A stretch of 64,000 bases of DNA from the NCBI GenBank assembly GCA_018830005.1, contig JAHJTE010000001.1, positions 642,287-706,286 on the forward strand, given 5' to 3'. Position numbers and translations under genes: made by a program. Below are positions 49,726 to 60,196 of the stretch, piece by piece. The stretch is from Candidatus Omnitrophota bacterium. GTDB lineage: Bacteria > Omnitrophota > Gorgyraeia > JAHJTE01. Every line of letters starts with the position of its first letter. Position 1 is the stretch's first letter. Under the pieces are notes generated by a model. That model saw nothing but the letters and a program-made list of their open reading frames with translations, made no database searches and was not told where the DNA came from.

Positions 49726-49736
49726 GAGTTTAAAAA

Positions 49737-50081
49737 ATGAGACTAGAACGAGTTGCAAGTGAAATAAAGAAGGAAATAAGTCTAATCCTTTCTCAGGAAT
49801 TAAGAGATCCTAGGTTAGGATTTGTCACCATTACCAGAGTAAAAATGAGTCCTGATCTAAGAGAGGCCTGGGTCTACTTTAGCGTGCTCGCAGATAAGGC
49901 CAAACAAGAGGATTCTCTTAAGGTTTTAAGCGGAGCTGCAGGATATATAAGAAGGTTGATTGGGCAGCGTCTAAGATTACGTTTTAACCCCGAAATTAAA
50001 TTTAAATTCGATAAATCTATAGCCTATAGTATAGAGATCGAAGAAAGGATTAGGGAATTAAAAGATGAAAAAGAACAATAG
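49737..50081 (+). CDS. rbfA: Ribosome-binding factor A
   Basis: RLERVASEIKKEISLIL...DPRLGFVTITRVKMSPDL matches RbfA. Confidence 0.9.
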   Translation: MRLERVASEIKKEISLILSQELRDPRLGFVTITRVKMSPDLREAWVYFSVLADKAKQEDSLKVLSGAAGYIRRLIGQRLRLRFNPEIKFKFDKSIAYSIEIEERIRELKDEKEQ

Positions 50082-51036
50082 ATTGCTAAATCTAAAGAAT
50101 TTAATAGAGAACAGCAGTCGATTCCTATTAACGACACACATAAATCCTGAGCCCGACGCCTTGGGGAGTGAACTGGCCTTTGCTAGGCTTCTTAAAATGT
50201 TCGGCAAGCAGGTAAAAATAATAAATAATGATAAGGTACCTCAAAGGTTTAAGTTCATGCCGGGGGTTAATGAGGTGAGCGTAACTGGAACTTCAAAGAT
50301 TGATTTTGACGTTTCGGTTGTTCTTGATTGTTCTGATTTAGGTCGCATTGGTAAGGTGCGTGATTTCTTGCATGAGAATAAGCCAATCGTTAATATAGAT
50401 CACCATATAAGTAATACCAGATTTGGTAGATTGAACTTGATTGATACGCAGGCCTCTTCTGCCTGCGAGATAATCTATGAGATATTTAAAAATTTTGAAT
50501 TAAAAATAGATAAACAGACCGCAATGAATTTATATTGCGGTATACTTACAGATACTGGCTCTTTTCGTTATTCTAATGCAGGTTCTAAAAGCTTTAAAAT
50601 TGCATCAGAATTGGTTAGTTTGGGTCTTGATGTAAATGAGATATATCGAAAGGTATATAGGATAGATGATGTAGAGAGCGCAAAGATTATCGGCAGGCTC
50701 TTGCAGTGTGCCAAGACTGCCTTTGACGGAAAGGTCGTGTATCTGGCCATTCCAGAGGACATCTATATAGAGGAGACGCTCCTAAAGGATTTAGGCGAAC
50801 AGGCGCTTAATACTTTACGTTTAATCTATGGGGCAAAGGTTTTTCTTCTCTTGAGAAAATCAATAAATAACAATTATGTTCGTATAAACTTGCGTTCTAA
50901 TTGTAATGTTGATGTGAATAAGATTGCATCTTATTTTGATGGCGGAGGGCATGCGCGTGCAGCAAGTGCTAAAATCGAAGGCAACTTAAGTTATGCCAAG
51001 AAAACTATACTTAAAGAGATAGGAAAGAGGTTATAG
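50065..51036 (+). CDS. nrnA: DHH/DHHA1 phosphoesterase NrnA (oligoribonuclease / pAp phosphatase)
   Basis: DHH motif (IDHHISN), C-terminal GGGHARAASA DHHA1 motif. Confidence 0.8.
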   Translation: MKKNNRLLNLKNLIENSSRFLLTTHINPEPDALGSELAFARLLKMFGKQVKIINNDKVPQRFKFMPGVNEVSVTGTSKIDFDVSVVLDCSDLGRIGKVRDFLHENKPIVNIDHHISNTRFGRLNLIDTQASSACEIIYEIFKNFELKIDKQTAMNLYCGILTDTGSFRYSNAGSKSFKIASELVSLGLDVNEIYRKVYRIDDVESAKIIGRLLQCAKTAFDGKVVYLAIPEDIYIEETLLKDLGEQALNTLRLIYGAKVFLLLRKSINNNYVRINLRSNCNVDVNKIASYFDGGGHARAASAKIEGNLSYAKKTILKEIGKRL

Positions 51037-51037
51037 A

Positions 51038-51691
51038 ATGGATGGTTTTTTAATTATTGATAAACCAACAGGAATAACAAGTCATGATGTTGTGAATTTT
51101 GTAAGGGGAAGATTCAAGATGAGGCGTGTTGGTCATGCCGGCACACTTGATCCTATGGCCACAGGTGTATTAATAATTTTGGTTGGTAAATGGACTAAAT
51201 TTTTCTCTCATTTTTCTAATTTCGATAAGGAATATTTAGTAACGGCAAGTTTTGCAGCTGTTACCAGCACAGGAGACGCCGAAGGCAAGATCTTAAAAGA
51301 GTTTGATTATTCGCATGTGAGTATTGTTGATGTCAAGGCGACATTTAGTAAATTCAAAGGCAATATCGAACAGGTTCCTCCTATGGTTTCGGCAATAAAG
51401 AAAGGAGGCAAGCGATTATACGAATTGGCCAGAAACGGAATAGAGTTAAAGAGACAGGCGCGTCCAATCTTTATCAAAGAAATAGAATTGCTTAAATTCT
51501 ACCCGCCCTTGATAGATTTTAAAGTTAACTGTTCAAAGGGAACATATATTAGAAGCCTGTGTGAGGATGTTGGCAGGAGTCTTGGCTGCGGTGGATATGA
51601 GACATCTTTAAGAAGAACACGTGTCGGTGAATTTAGTATTGAACAGGCCCTGCATTTAGAAAAGATAAATGAAAGTCATATACGTCAATAA
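51038..51691 (+). CDS. truB: tRNA pseudouridine(55) synthase TruB
   Basis: Catalytic GHAGTLDPMATGVL motif. Confidence 0.9.
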   Translation: MDGFLIIDKPTGITSHDVVNFVRGRFKMRRVGHAGTLDPMATGVLIILVGKWTKFFSHFSNFDKEYLVTASFAAVTSTGDAEGKILKEFDYSHVSIVDVKATFSKFKGNIEQVPPMVSAIKKGGKRLYELARNGIELKRQARPIFIKEIELLKFYPPLIDFKVNCSKGTYIRSLCEDVGRSLGCGGYETSLRRTRVGEFSIEQALHLEKINESHIRQ

Positions 51692-52619
51692 GAAAAACAC
51701 CTCCCTTGCCAATGCCTGTATACTTTGTTTGGGAAACTTTGATGGCTTGCATTTAGGCCACCAATATATTATTAAAAAAGTAATAGAAGAGGCAAGGTCC
51801 TCTAAATATCCTGCCGCAGTTCTTACCTTTAGACCTCACCCCGGCAATGTATTAAATATAAAGCAGCCAATTAAGATGTTGATGAGATTCCAGGAACGCC
51901 TGAAATTATTAGAAAGACTGGGAGTTGATTTATGCTATGTAATTAACTTTGATAAACAATTTTCTAAATTGACTCCTAAATGCTTCATAAGAGATATCCT
52001 CATCGCTAAGATAAATCCAGGGAAAGTAATTGTCGGCAGGAATTTTCGCTTTGGCAAAAATGGCGCAGGGGATATTAGGCTGTTAGCCAATTATGGATTT
52101 AGATTAAAGGTTATTAATGCACGCAAGATCTCAAGACAGAAAATCTCAAGCTCTCTTATCCGAAGATTATTAGAGCATTCAAGGATAGAAGAGGCAAATA
52201 GATTTTTAGGTCGGTCTTATTCGATACAAGGAGAGATTGTAAGCGGCAGGCGCTTCGGTAGGAGAATCGGTTTTCCCACGCTAAACATAAATTACGATTC
52301 GGGAGTAGTTTTGCCCCTGGGTATCTTTAGTGGTTTTATTAATATCGCAGGCAGATTCCATAGGGCGGCTATAAATATTGGATTCCAGCCTACTTTAAAC
52401 AAGAGAAGAACTAGGCCTGTATTAGAGGTGCACGTGCTTAGGTTTAAAAAAAATATTTTTAATAAAAAAGTAGAAGTTTTTCTGACAAAAAAGATCCGCA
52501 GTGAAAAGAAATTTAGCTCGATTTTAGGTTTAAAAAGAGCAATAAAACAAGATTTGAAAAAGATAAGTGCCTCAAAGATTATTGTTCCTGCCTTGATTAA
52601 AAAGCTTAAAAAAGGCTAA
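51669..52619 (+). CDS. ribF: Bifunctional riboflavin kinase / FMN adenylyltransferase
   Basis: N-terminal FAD synthetase GNFDGLHLGHQ, C-terminal riboflavin kinase region (GRRFGRRIGFPT). Confidence 0.9.
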   Translation: MKVIYVNKKNTSLANACILCLGNFDGLHLGHQYIIKKVIEEARSSKYPAAVLTFRPHPGNVLNIKQPIKMLMRFQERLKLLERLGVDLCYVINFDKQFSKLTPKCFIRDILIAKINPGKVIVGRNFRFGKNGAGDIRLLANYGFRLKVINARKISRQKISSSLIRRLLEHSRIEEANRFLGRSYSIQGEIVSGRRFGRRIGFPTLNINYDSGVVLPLGIFSGFINIAGRFHRAAINIGFQPTLNKRRTRPVLEVHVLRFKKNIFNKKVEVFLTKKIRSEKKFSSILGLKRAIKQDLKKISASKIIVPALIKKLKKG

Positions 52620-52750
52620 AAATTCAATCTTGACTCTAAGTTAAATATTTCCCTCCACATTTTTTTTAAGCTTCCACCACTACATTTAGTTAATAACTGA
52701 CAAATTACCCCCAATAAGTTGTATCTTATTGAAAAATCAATAATTTACAC

Positions 52751-52779
52751 TTGACAAAGAATATCTGATAGTTTATACT
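52751..52779 (+). promoter_or_regulatory. Consensus sigma70-type promoter of the dcw cluster (TTGACA-N17-TATACT) upstream of mraZ
   Basis: Hexamers and spacer counted from sequence; lies in the 180-nt ribF-mraZ gap. Confidence 0.55.
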
Positions 52780-52813
52780 TGTAGGCAAGTGGAAGAGAGT
52801 GGAGGATAGTGGA

Positions 52814-53257
52814 ATGTTCTATGGAGAGTTTGAACATCAGCTGGATAGGAAGAGCAGATTAATACTTCCCGCTAAAATCAGAGAAACCGCAAAAAATAAT
52901 TACGTTGAGAAATTCTTCCTTACGCGTGGTCTGGATAAGTGTCTTTTTATGTTACCAGAAGAAGAATGGAAGAACCAAGAACGCAAATTTAAATCCATGC
53001 CATTTACCAAACAGGAGGTCAGAAGTTTTAACCGCCTGTTTTTTTCTGGGGCACAGGAGGTAATACCTGACAAGCAGGGAAGGGTTCACATACCGCAATA
53101 TCTAAAAGAATTTGCAGGGATTAAGAAGGATGTAGTAGTGATAGGTATTTCCAATAGAATCGAAATTTGGGATAGAGAAACTTGGCGTGATTTTTATTCG
53201 AACTCAAAAGACGCCTTTGAAGAGATTGCACAAAATTTATTGGATAAATCAGAGTAA
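52814..53257 (+). CDS. mraZ: Transcriptional regulator MraZ
   Basis: MFYGEFEHQLDRKSRLILP N-terminus typical of MraZ; start at ATG 52814 with GGAGG RBS (ORF-track start 52799 is less likely). Confidence 0.85.
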   Translation: MFYGEFEHQLDRKSRLILPAKIRETAKNNYVEKFFLTRGLDKCLFMLPEEEWKNQERKFKSMPFTKQEVRSFNRLFFSGAQEVIPDKQGRVHIPQYLKEFAGIKKDVVVIGISNRIEIWDRETWRDFYSNSKDAFEEIAQNLLDKSE

Positions 53258-54142
53258 GTGCACAAGCCAATTATGCGCAAAGAGATTTTAGAATATCTAA
53301 AGATAAAGCAAGGCGATTGTATTCTTGATGCAACTATTGGAACAGGAGGCCATGCCGAGGTGATATTAGATGCAGTTGGAACCAAGGGCAGGCTTATCGG
53401 AATTGACAGGGATTTAGATTCGTTGCTTTTTGCCAAAAATAGACTCTCAAAATATAGTGAGAATTTTTCATTGGTTCACGATGATTTTCGCAATCTTGAT
53501 AAGGTCTTGAGAGATGCCAAGATTAAAAGGGTGGATGGGATCCTTTTTGATTTAGGCATATCAAGTTTTCAGCTTGATAACCCTGAGCGGGGTTTTAGTT
53601 TTCGCTTTGACTCTCCCTTAGATATGCGCATGGATAGGTCAAGCTACATTTCAGCATATGATTTAATAAATTATCTCTCAGAAGAAGAGCTCTCTTCGAT
53701 TTTAAAAACATTTGGTGAGGAAAGATGGCATAATCGCATTGCCCATGTCCTGGTAGAGGAAAGGCATAAGTCGCCAATTACTAGCACAGGACAACTGGCA
53801 CAGCTAGTCACCAAGGCCCTACCTTATAGAAGCCAGTTTATGAAGATTCATCCTGCAACACGCACATTTCAGGCAATCCGGATTGCTGTTAATCGAGAAT
53901 TAGAATCGCTTGACGAGGCCCTGGATAGATCTTTTGAATTTATAAAGCCGGCAGGAAGAATTTGTGTTATTGCCTTTCATTCTTTGGAGGATAGGATTGT
54001 CAAACGAAAATTTAAATTGTTATTTCAAGAGGGGATAGTAAACATAATTACCCCCAAGCCTGTCTATCCTGCTGAAAGCGAGATCGAGGATAATCCTCGC
54101 TCACGCAGCGCCAAACTAAGGGTAGCCGAGAGGTTGCAATGA
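53258..54142 (+). CDS. rsmH: 16S rRNA (cytosine1402-N4)-methyltransferase RsmH
   Basis: DATIGTGGH SAM-binding motif; GTG start. Confidence 0.93.
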   Translation: MHKPIMRKEILEYLKIKQGDCILDATIGTGGHAEVILDAVGTKGRLIGIDRDLDSLLFAKNRLSKYSENFSLVHDDFRNLDKVLRDAKIKRVDGILFDLGISSFQLDNPERGFSFRFDSPLDMRMDRSSYISAYDLINYLSEEELSSILKTFGEERWHNRIAHVLVEERHKSPITSTGQLAQLVTKALPYRSQFMKIHPATRTFQAIRIAVNRELESLDEALDRSFEFIKPAGRICVIAFHSLEDRIVKRKFKLLFQEGIVNIITPKPVYPAESEIEDNPRSRSAKLRVAERLQ

Positions 54143-54519
54143 GGCTAAACAAGGTTTTTTCAATAATTGTATTTTTGAACCTTTTCGCCTTACTTCTTGT
54201 ATTTCAGAGAACTGAAATTACAAAATTTAGCTATAAAAACAAAGAGCAGCAAGATTACTTCAAAGAGCTTTCCGATGAGCGCAGCCGATTGAAAGATAAG
54301 CTCGAATACTGTAAATCTTTAGAAAATATAAATGAGCAGCTACTTGTTCAGGCAGGAAATTTTGAGTTGCCGAATGAATCTCAAATTATGCTGATAAGTT
54401 CAGCCGCTGTAGTCTCTGGAGGCGCTGCAGTCCCGATAAGCTCTTTTAAAGAACGTAATTTCTTCTCCAAGGTCCTTTTCTGGCTTGAGCATGAGGCTCA
54501 GGCTAAATCTAAAGAATAG
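54139..54519 (+). CDS. ftsL: Cell division protein FtsL-like
   Basis: Small bitopic protein: N-terminal hydrophobic helix then coiled-coil-like region; position between rsmH and ftsI. Confidence 0.6.
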   Translation: MRLNKVFSIIVFLNLFALLLVFQRTEITKFSYKNKEQQDYFKELSDERSRLKDKLEYCKSLENINEQLLVQAGNFELPNESQIMLISSAAVVSGGAAVPISSFKERNFFSKVLFWLEHEAQAKSKE

Positions 54520-54536
54520 ATTTATTTTTTTCCATT

Positions 54537-56246
54537 GTGTACAAAAGGATAAAATCTCGCCGGGAAGTTTTCGTCTACATTTCTTTCGCCGTCCTTTTAT
54601 TATCGCTTTTAATTCGTCTTGCCTACATCCATTTTTACCGCTCAGATTTCCTAAGAGAAATTGCCAAGAAGCAACATAGTATCTTTGTTGAGATTGAGCC
54701 AAAAAGAGGCGCGATACTGGATCGCAACTTATCATCCCTTGCTTTAAATATTTGCGTTGATTCACTCTATGCAGTGCCTTATGAGATAAATGATAAAGAG
54801 GCCACTGCTCAATACCTAGCAGATATCTTAAGGTTAGATTATTCGTCAACTCTAGAAAGGCTAAAAAGAGACAAATCCTTTGTCTGGATAGCAAGAAAGA
54901 TTTCCCAACAGGATAGCCAAACAATAAAAAAGGCTAATATTAAAGGATTGGGTTTTATAAAGGAGAGTAAGCGTTCTTATCCTAAAGGGGTTTTATCTTC
55001 GCATGTTATCGGATTCGCTGGTTTGGACAATTATGGCCTAGAGGGATTAGAGCTGTTTTATAATGAACAGCTTAGCGGTAAGAAGGGTTGGTCGGTATTT
55101 CTGCGAGACGCGCGGCAGAGAAAGCTAATTGAGACAAGCGTCTTGCCTGCCAAAGATGGATTTTCACTCCTTTTAAATATTGATGAGGTAATTCAGTTTA
55201 TTGCTGAGACAGAATTAGATAAGGCATTTAAGAAAACCAAGGCAAAAGGTGCTAGCATTATCATAATAGAGCCTTCCAGTGGACGCATACTTGCTATGGC
55301 AAACCGCCCTACATATGATCCTAATGATTTCGCAAATAGCTCTCATGATGAACGTAGAAACAGGGCTATCTGTAACTTTTTTGAACCAGGCTCTGTCTTT
55401 AAAATAGTAACAGCCTCTGCAGCGTTGGCTGAAAATAAGGTATCTGAGGAAGATAAATTTTTCTGTGAAAATGGTGAATATAGAGTTGCCAATAATATTT
55501 TGCATGATCATAGGCCACATGGCTGGTTGACATTCCGCGGCATAATACGTGAGTCAAGTAATATCGGCGTAACAAAAATCGCCCAAATCTTAGGACCGGA
55601 ATTGATATATAGGTATATAAAACTTTATGGTTTTGGTGATCTATTGGGAATAGATTTGAATGGCGAGGTAGAAGGCATCATCAGGCCTTCCAGGACATGG
55701 TCGAAGACATCAATTGGCGCTATACCCATAGGCCATGAGGTCTGTGTATCAGCGCTTCAACTCGTGAGTGCTGTGGCAGCGATTGCAAACGGTGGCTTGC
55801 TTATGCAGCCGTTTTTAGTTGACTCTGTAGTTGATGAGAATAATAATAAGATAAAGGAGAATCAGCCTTGGGTCATTAGAAGGGTTATGAGTCAGGATAC
55901 GGCAAGGCGCGTTAAAGATATGCTTGTTGAAGTTGTTGAGTCTGGGACCGGAAGAATGGGCAAGATTGCCTCTGTCAAGGTTGCGGGAAAAACAGGCACA
56001 GCCCAGAAGATTGATAAGGCGGGTGGATATTCCCATTCTAAATTTATTGCTTCTTTTATTGGATTCGCGCCTGCGGATGAGCCTGAGATTGCTATGGTGG
56101 TGACACTTGATGAGCCGTATCCTTACTATGGTGGCGTAGTAGCAGCTCCCGTATTTAAAGAAGTTACGACTGAGGTATTAAAATATTTAAAGAGTCGGCA
56201 TTTTAACAGTAAATTATTCTATGAAGCTAAGAGAACTACTCCATAA
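54537..56246 (+). CDS. ftsI: Peptidoglycan D,D-transpeptidase FtsI (PBP3-like class B PBP)
   Basis: Transpeptidase motifs SxxK (SVFK), SxN (SSN), KTG (KTGT); N-terminal membrane anchor. Confidence 0.9.
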   Translation: MYKRIKSRREVFVYISFAVLLLSLLIRLAYIHFYRSDFLREIAKKQHSIFVEIEPKRGAILDRNLSSLALNICVDSLYAVPYEINDKEATAQYLADILRLDYSSTLERLKRDKSFVWIARKISQQDSQTIKKANIKGLGFIKESKRSYPKGVLSSHVIGFAGLDNYGLEGLELFYNEQLSGKKGWSVFLRDARQRKLIETSVLPAKDGFSLLLNIDEVIQFIAETELDKAFKKTKAKGASIIIIEPSSGRILAMANRPTYDPNDFANSSHDERRNRAICNFFEPGSVFKIVTASAALAENKVSEEDKFFCENGEYRVANNILHDHRPHGWLTFRGIIRESSNIGVTKIAQILGPELIYRYIKLYGFGDLLGIDLNGEVEGIIRPSRTWSKTSIGAIPIGHEVCVSALQLVSAVAAIANGGLLMQPFLVDSVVDENNNKIKENQPWVIRRVMSQDTARRVKDMLVEVVESGTGRMGKIASVKVAGKTGTAQKIDKAGGYSHSKFIASFIGFAPADEPEIAMVVTLDEPYPYYGGVVAAPVFKEVTTEVLKYLKSRHFNSKLFYEAKRTTP

Positions 56247-57699
56247 CATAAACACAAAGCAGATTGACAATTTTAAAAATATAGACATAAAAGGTGTTTC
56301 TTGCGATTCGAGGTTTATACGCAAGGGTGAAATTTTTATTGCCCTGAAAGGTTCATTAACTGATGGCCATCAATATTTAAATGAGGCAATAGAGGCCGGA
56401 GCAATTTGTCTAGTCATAGATTACAAAAGATCACCTCTTTTTAAGTCCCTGTCAAAAGAAATAATCCTCGTCAGAGTAAATGATACCAAACGCGCGCTTA
56501 TCTTGATAGCCCATAATTTTTATAAACGCAAAATTAAAGATCTTAAATTGATCGGGGTTACTGGCACTAATGGTAAGACAACAATCACCTATCTTGTTGA
56601 AAGTATCTTGCAAACGTCAGGCTTCAAGACAGGCCTTATAGGCACAATAGAATATTGTCTGCCAAATCATAAACAGATCTCAATTAATACTACGCCCGGA
56701 TTAATTGAGCTTTACAGATATTTTCTTGAGATGGAAAAGGAGAATATCGACTATTGCATCATGGAGGTTTCTTCACATGCCTTAGATCAGGGCAGACTTG
56801 GAAATTTAGGATTTCAGCGTGCAATATTTACAAACATTAGCCGTGATCACTTGGATTATCATAAGAATTTCAAAGATTACTTTATGGCTAAATCTAAGCT
56901 GTTTTCAATGCTTGCACCTGATAAAGGCTGCGGTATCATTAATGTTGATGATAGCTATGGCAGAAGATTATTGAGAAAGAAAATGCCCCATAAGCTTAGT
57001 TATGCTATTTCAAGGAAAGCTAATGTCCTAGCAAGTGATATAAAACTAGATATAGATAAGACAAAATTCTTAATTAAATACAAAGATGTAATCTTGCCTA
57101 TTAAGAGCAAATTATTGGGCCTGCATAATGTTTATAATATATTGGCAGCAACGGCATTAGCCTTAAGCATGAATATTAAACCAGGACACATAATTAAAGG
57201 CATCAATAATTTAAAAGAAGTCGTGGGCAGACTCCAATTGGCAGGCAGGAAAGGAGATGTCAAAATATTTATTGATTATGCCCATACACCAGTAGCCTTA
57301 AAAATGGCACTTAAGTCCTTTTCTGTATTAAAGAATAGAGAAAGAAAATGTAAAATAATCCTAGTCTTTGGTTGTGGCGGAGAACGAGATAGGGCCAAGA
57401 GACCTCAAATGGGGAGGATTGCATCTTGTTTTTCTGATTTGACATTTATTACGACAGATAATCCGCGCAGCGAGAATCCGGATGACATAATTGCCGATAT
57501 AAGAAGAGGATTTTTAAGGAAAAATTATATAGTTGTTAAGGATAGATATAAGGCGATAAAAAAGGCTATCCATAAGGCCAAAGAGAATGATGTTGTTCTG
57601 ATTGCTGGTAAAGGCCATGAGTGTGTTCAGATTTTTGACAGCAGGGTTGTGGACTTTGATGATAAAAAGGCTGTTTATCGCGCATTAGATGAGGCATGA
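56221..57699 (+). CDS. murE: UDP-N-acetylmuramoyl-L-alanyl-D-glutamate--2,6-diaminopimelate ligase
   Basis: Mur ligase P-loop GVTGTNGKTT; first Mur ligase after ftsI in a conserved dcw order. Confidence 0.88.
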   Translation: MKLRELLHNINTKQIDNFKNIDIKGVSCDSRFIRKGEIFIALKGSLTDGHQYLNEAIEAGAICLVIDYKRSPLFKSLSKEIILVRVNDTKRALILIAHNFYKRKIKDLKLIGVTGTNGKTTITYLVESILQTSGFKTGLIGTIEYCLPNHKQISINTTPGLIELYRYFLEMEKENIDYCIMEVSSHALDQGRLGNLGFQRAIFTNISRDHLDYHKNFKDYFMAKSKLFSMLAPDKGCGIINVDDSYGRRLLRKKMPHKLSYAISRKANVLASDIKLDIDKTKFLIKYKDVILPIKSKLLGLHNVYNILAATALALSMNIKPGHIIKGINNLKEVVGRLQLAGRKGDVKIFIDYAHTPVALKMALKSFSVLKNRERKCKIILVFGCGGERDRAKRPQMGRIASCFSDLTFITTDNPRSENPDDIIADIRRGFLRKNYIVVKDRYKAIKKAIHKAKENDVVLIAGKGHECVQIFDSRVVDFDDKKAVYRALDEA

Positions 57700-59101
57700 G
57701 GTTCGAATGTTTAGGCTAGAGGATATAGCTAGAGAAACTAAAGGAAGAATCATTCAAGGCGCAAGGACTGCTAATATAGGCGTTATTTGTACTGATTCCA
57801 GAAAAATAAAAAAAAGGGAAGCCTTTCTTGCCTTAAGAGGTGAACGTTTTAATGGACATGACTTCATATCTAGCGCTATCAAAAAAGAGGCCAAGGCCCT
57901 GATAATAGAGGAGAGATATTTTAAAAAAGAGCCGAATATAGTTAAGGGATTAAGGGCTGATATTAGCTGTATAATTGTGGCTGATACCTTGCGCGCCTTG
58001 GGTGATTTAGCGCATGCCAACCGTAATAAATTTCGAATACCAATCATTGCTGTTACAGGAAGCAGCGGAAAAACTACGACAAAGGAAATGATCGCTAAGG
58101 TGTTGAGCGCGCGATATCGAACCTTAAAGAATGAAGGGACGCAAAACAATCTCATCGGTGTTCCGCTTAATTTGTTAAGATTAAATACCAATCATCAGCT
58201 TGCCTGTTTGGAATTCGGCATGAGTCTCCCGGGTGAGATTTCAAGGCTTACGCAAATCACAAAACCTACGCTGGGAGTGATCACGAATATCGGCCAAGCA
58301 CATTTAGAAAACTTAAAAAGCAAAAGGGGAGTTTTTAAGGAGAAGGGTAGTCTCTTAAAAGGACTCAAAGCTCCTGCCGCAGGGCTAATTAATTACGATG
58401 ACCCTTATTTAAGGACGTTAGCCACTAAATATAGGAAAGTATTTTCATTCGGCCTTAAGAAATCTTGCGATTTTTCTGCACGCACTGTTTCTTTTGATAG
58501 ATACGGCGTTTCCTTTAAATTAGCCAAAACTAAACAAAGATTTGCAATTAAGAGCTTTGGGGTGCATAATATTTATAATGCACTTGCAGCAATAGCTGTA
58601 GGAACTATCTTTGGCATTAGTCAGAGCTCAATAGCAAAAAGACTAAAATATTTTAAATTTCCACGTGGCAGATTTGTTTATTCAAAGAAAGGCAGATTAG
58701 AAATCATAGATGACACTTATAATGCCAATCCACTTTCTTTAAAATATGCCCTGCAGTCTTTTAGCGCGATTAAAAGAGGCGGTAGAAAGATTTTAGTGCT
58801 GGCTGATATGCTGGAATTAGGCAGTCAAGCCGCTTGCCTGCATCGGCAGGCAGGCAGACTTCTAAATGATTCAGATATTGATTATATCTTAACTATTGGA
58901 GGCCTAGCTCATATTGCGGCTAGCTCTAGCATAAAATATGGTTTTAAAAAAAATAAGGTTTATCAGAGTCAGGACTTTACTGATTTAAAGATTAAGCTTT
59001 CTTCGCTTTTAAGAGGTGGGGATTTGATTTTGGTTAAAGGTTCGCATGCCATGCGCATGGAACGTATCGTAATTTTTTTGCGCAATATGAGCAAGGAATA
59101 G
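57689..59101 (+). CDS. murF: UDP-N-acetylmuramoyl-tripeptide--D-alanyl-D-alanine ligase
   Basis: Mur ligase P-loop AVTGSSGKTTTKEM; position after murE. Confidence 0.88.
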   Translation: MRHEVRMFRLEDIARETKGRIIQGARTANIGVICTDSRKIKKREAFLALRGERFNGHDFISSAIKKEAKALIIEERYFKKEPNIVKGLRADISCIIVADTLRALGDLAHANRNKFRIPIIAVTGSSGKTTTKEMIAKVLSARYRTLKNEGTQNNLIGVPLNLLRLNTNHQLACLEFGMSLPGEISRLTQITKPTLGVITNIGQAHLENLKSKRGVFKEKGSLLKGLKAPAAGLINYDDPYLRTLATKYRKVFSFGLKKSCDFSARTVSFDRYGVSFKLAKTKQRFAIKSFGVHNIYNALAAIAVGTIFGISQSSIAKRLKYFKFPRGRFVYSKKGRLEIIDDTYNANPLSLKYALQSFSAIKRGGRKILVLADMLELGSQAACLHRQAGRLLNDSDIDYILTIGGLAHIAASSSIKYGFKKNKVYQSQDFTDLKIKLSSLLRGGDLILVKGSHAMRMERIVIFLRNMSKE

Positions 59102-59107
59102 AAGAAG

Positions 59108-60196
59108 ATGCTATATTCATTTCTTTATTATCTCAGAGATGTCTTTTCTGGATTCAATGTATTTAGGTATATTACATTTCGTGCAATTTTAGCGGTTGTT
59201 ACCTCATTTAGTCTAACTGTGTTTCTGGGTCCCTTTCTGATTGCCAAACTAAAAAACCTAAAGATAGGAGAAATTATAAAGAGAGACGAGTGCATTTCAC
59301 TTTATGAGATTCAACATCATAAACAAGGCACACCAACAATGGGAGGAATCCTTATTGTAGTTTCCGTGCTTTTCTCTACTATGCTTTGGGCAGATTTAAG
59401 TAATAAATTTATTAGTATGGTTATATTTGCTTGTTTTTGGTTAAGTCTTTTAGGTTTCCTTGATGATTATCTAAAGATAAAAAGGAATTCATCAAGCGGT
59501 TTAAGCGCAAATCTCATTTTCTTCGGTCAGGTCTCCTTGGCGTTACTTTTGGCCTGTATGCTCTTTTTAGATAAAGGATTTAATTCCAGCATTTATTTTC
59601 CTTTTTTGAAAGGCGCTGTATTTAACATGGGTACATTTTTTATTATCTTTGTAATTTTAGTCATTGTGGGTAGTTCCAATGCAGTGAATTTAACCGATGG
59701 TTTGGATGGATTGGCTTGCGGTTGTATGATTATGGTTGCCCTTGCCTATGGCGCCCTAAGTTATATTGTGGGTCACAAATTATTCAGTAGTTATTTGTTT
59801 ATACATTATGTTGAAGGAGCAGGGGAGCTGGCTGTATTCTGCGCAAGTATCTTTGGTGCGGTCTTGGGCTTTTTGTGGTTTAATTGCTATCCGGCAAGTA
59901 TCTTTATGGGTAATGTTGGTTCGCTAGCGCTGGGAGGAGCGATTGGTCTGGTTGCGGTGTTAATAAAACAGGAGTTTCTCTTGTTTGTTGTTGGCGGAGT
60001 ATTTGTAATAGAGGTGATCTCAGTAATATTGCAGGTTTTATTTTTCCGCTTTAAGGGTAAACGAATTTTCAAGATGACACCCCTGCACCATCATTTTCAG
60101 TTGTTAGGATGGTCGGAATCCAAGATTATAGTTCGTTTCTGGATTGTCGCTGTCATATTTGCCCTCCTCGCATTAGCCACACTGAAGTTAAGATGA
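59108..60196 (+). CDS. mraY: Phospho-N-acetylmuramoyl-pentapeptide transferase
   Basis: Polytopic membrane protein with NAVNLTDGLDGLA motif. Confidence 0.93.
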   Translation: MLYSFLYYLRDVFSGFNVFRYITFRAILAVVTSFSLTVFLGPFLIAKLKNLKIGEIIKRDECISLYEIQHHKQGTPTMGGILIVVSVLFSTMLWADLSNKFISMVIFACFWLSLLGFLDDYLKIKRNSSSGLSANLIFFGQVSLALLLACMLFLDKGFNSSIYFPFLKGAVFNMGTFFIIFVILVIVGSSNAVNLTDGLDGLACGCMIMVALAYGALSYIVGHKLFSSYLFIHYVEGAGELAVFCASIFGAVLGFLWFNCYPASIFMGNVGSLALGGAIGLVAVLIKQEFLLFVVGGVFVIEVISVILQVLFFRFKGKRIFKMTPLHHHFQLLGWSESKIIVRFWIVAVIFALLALATLKLR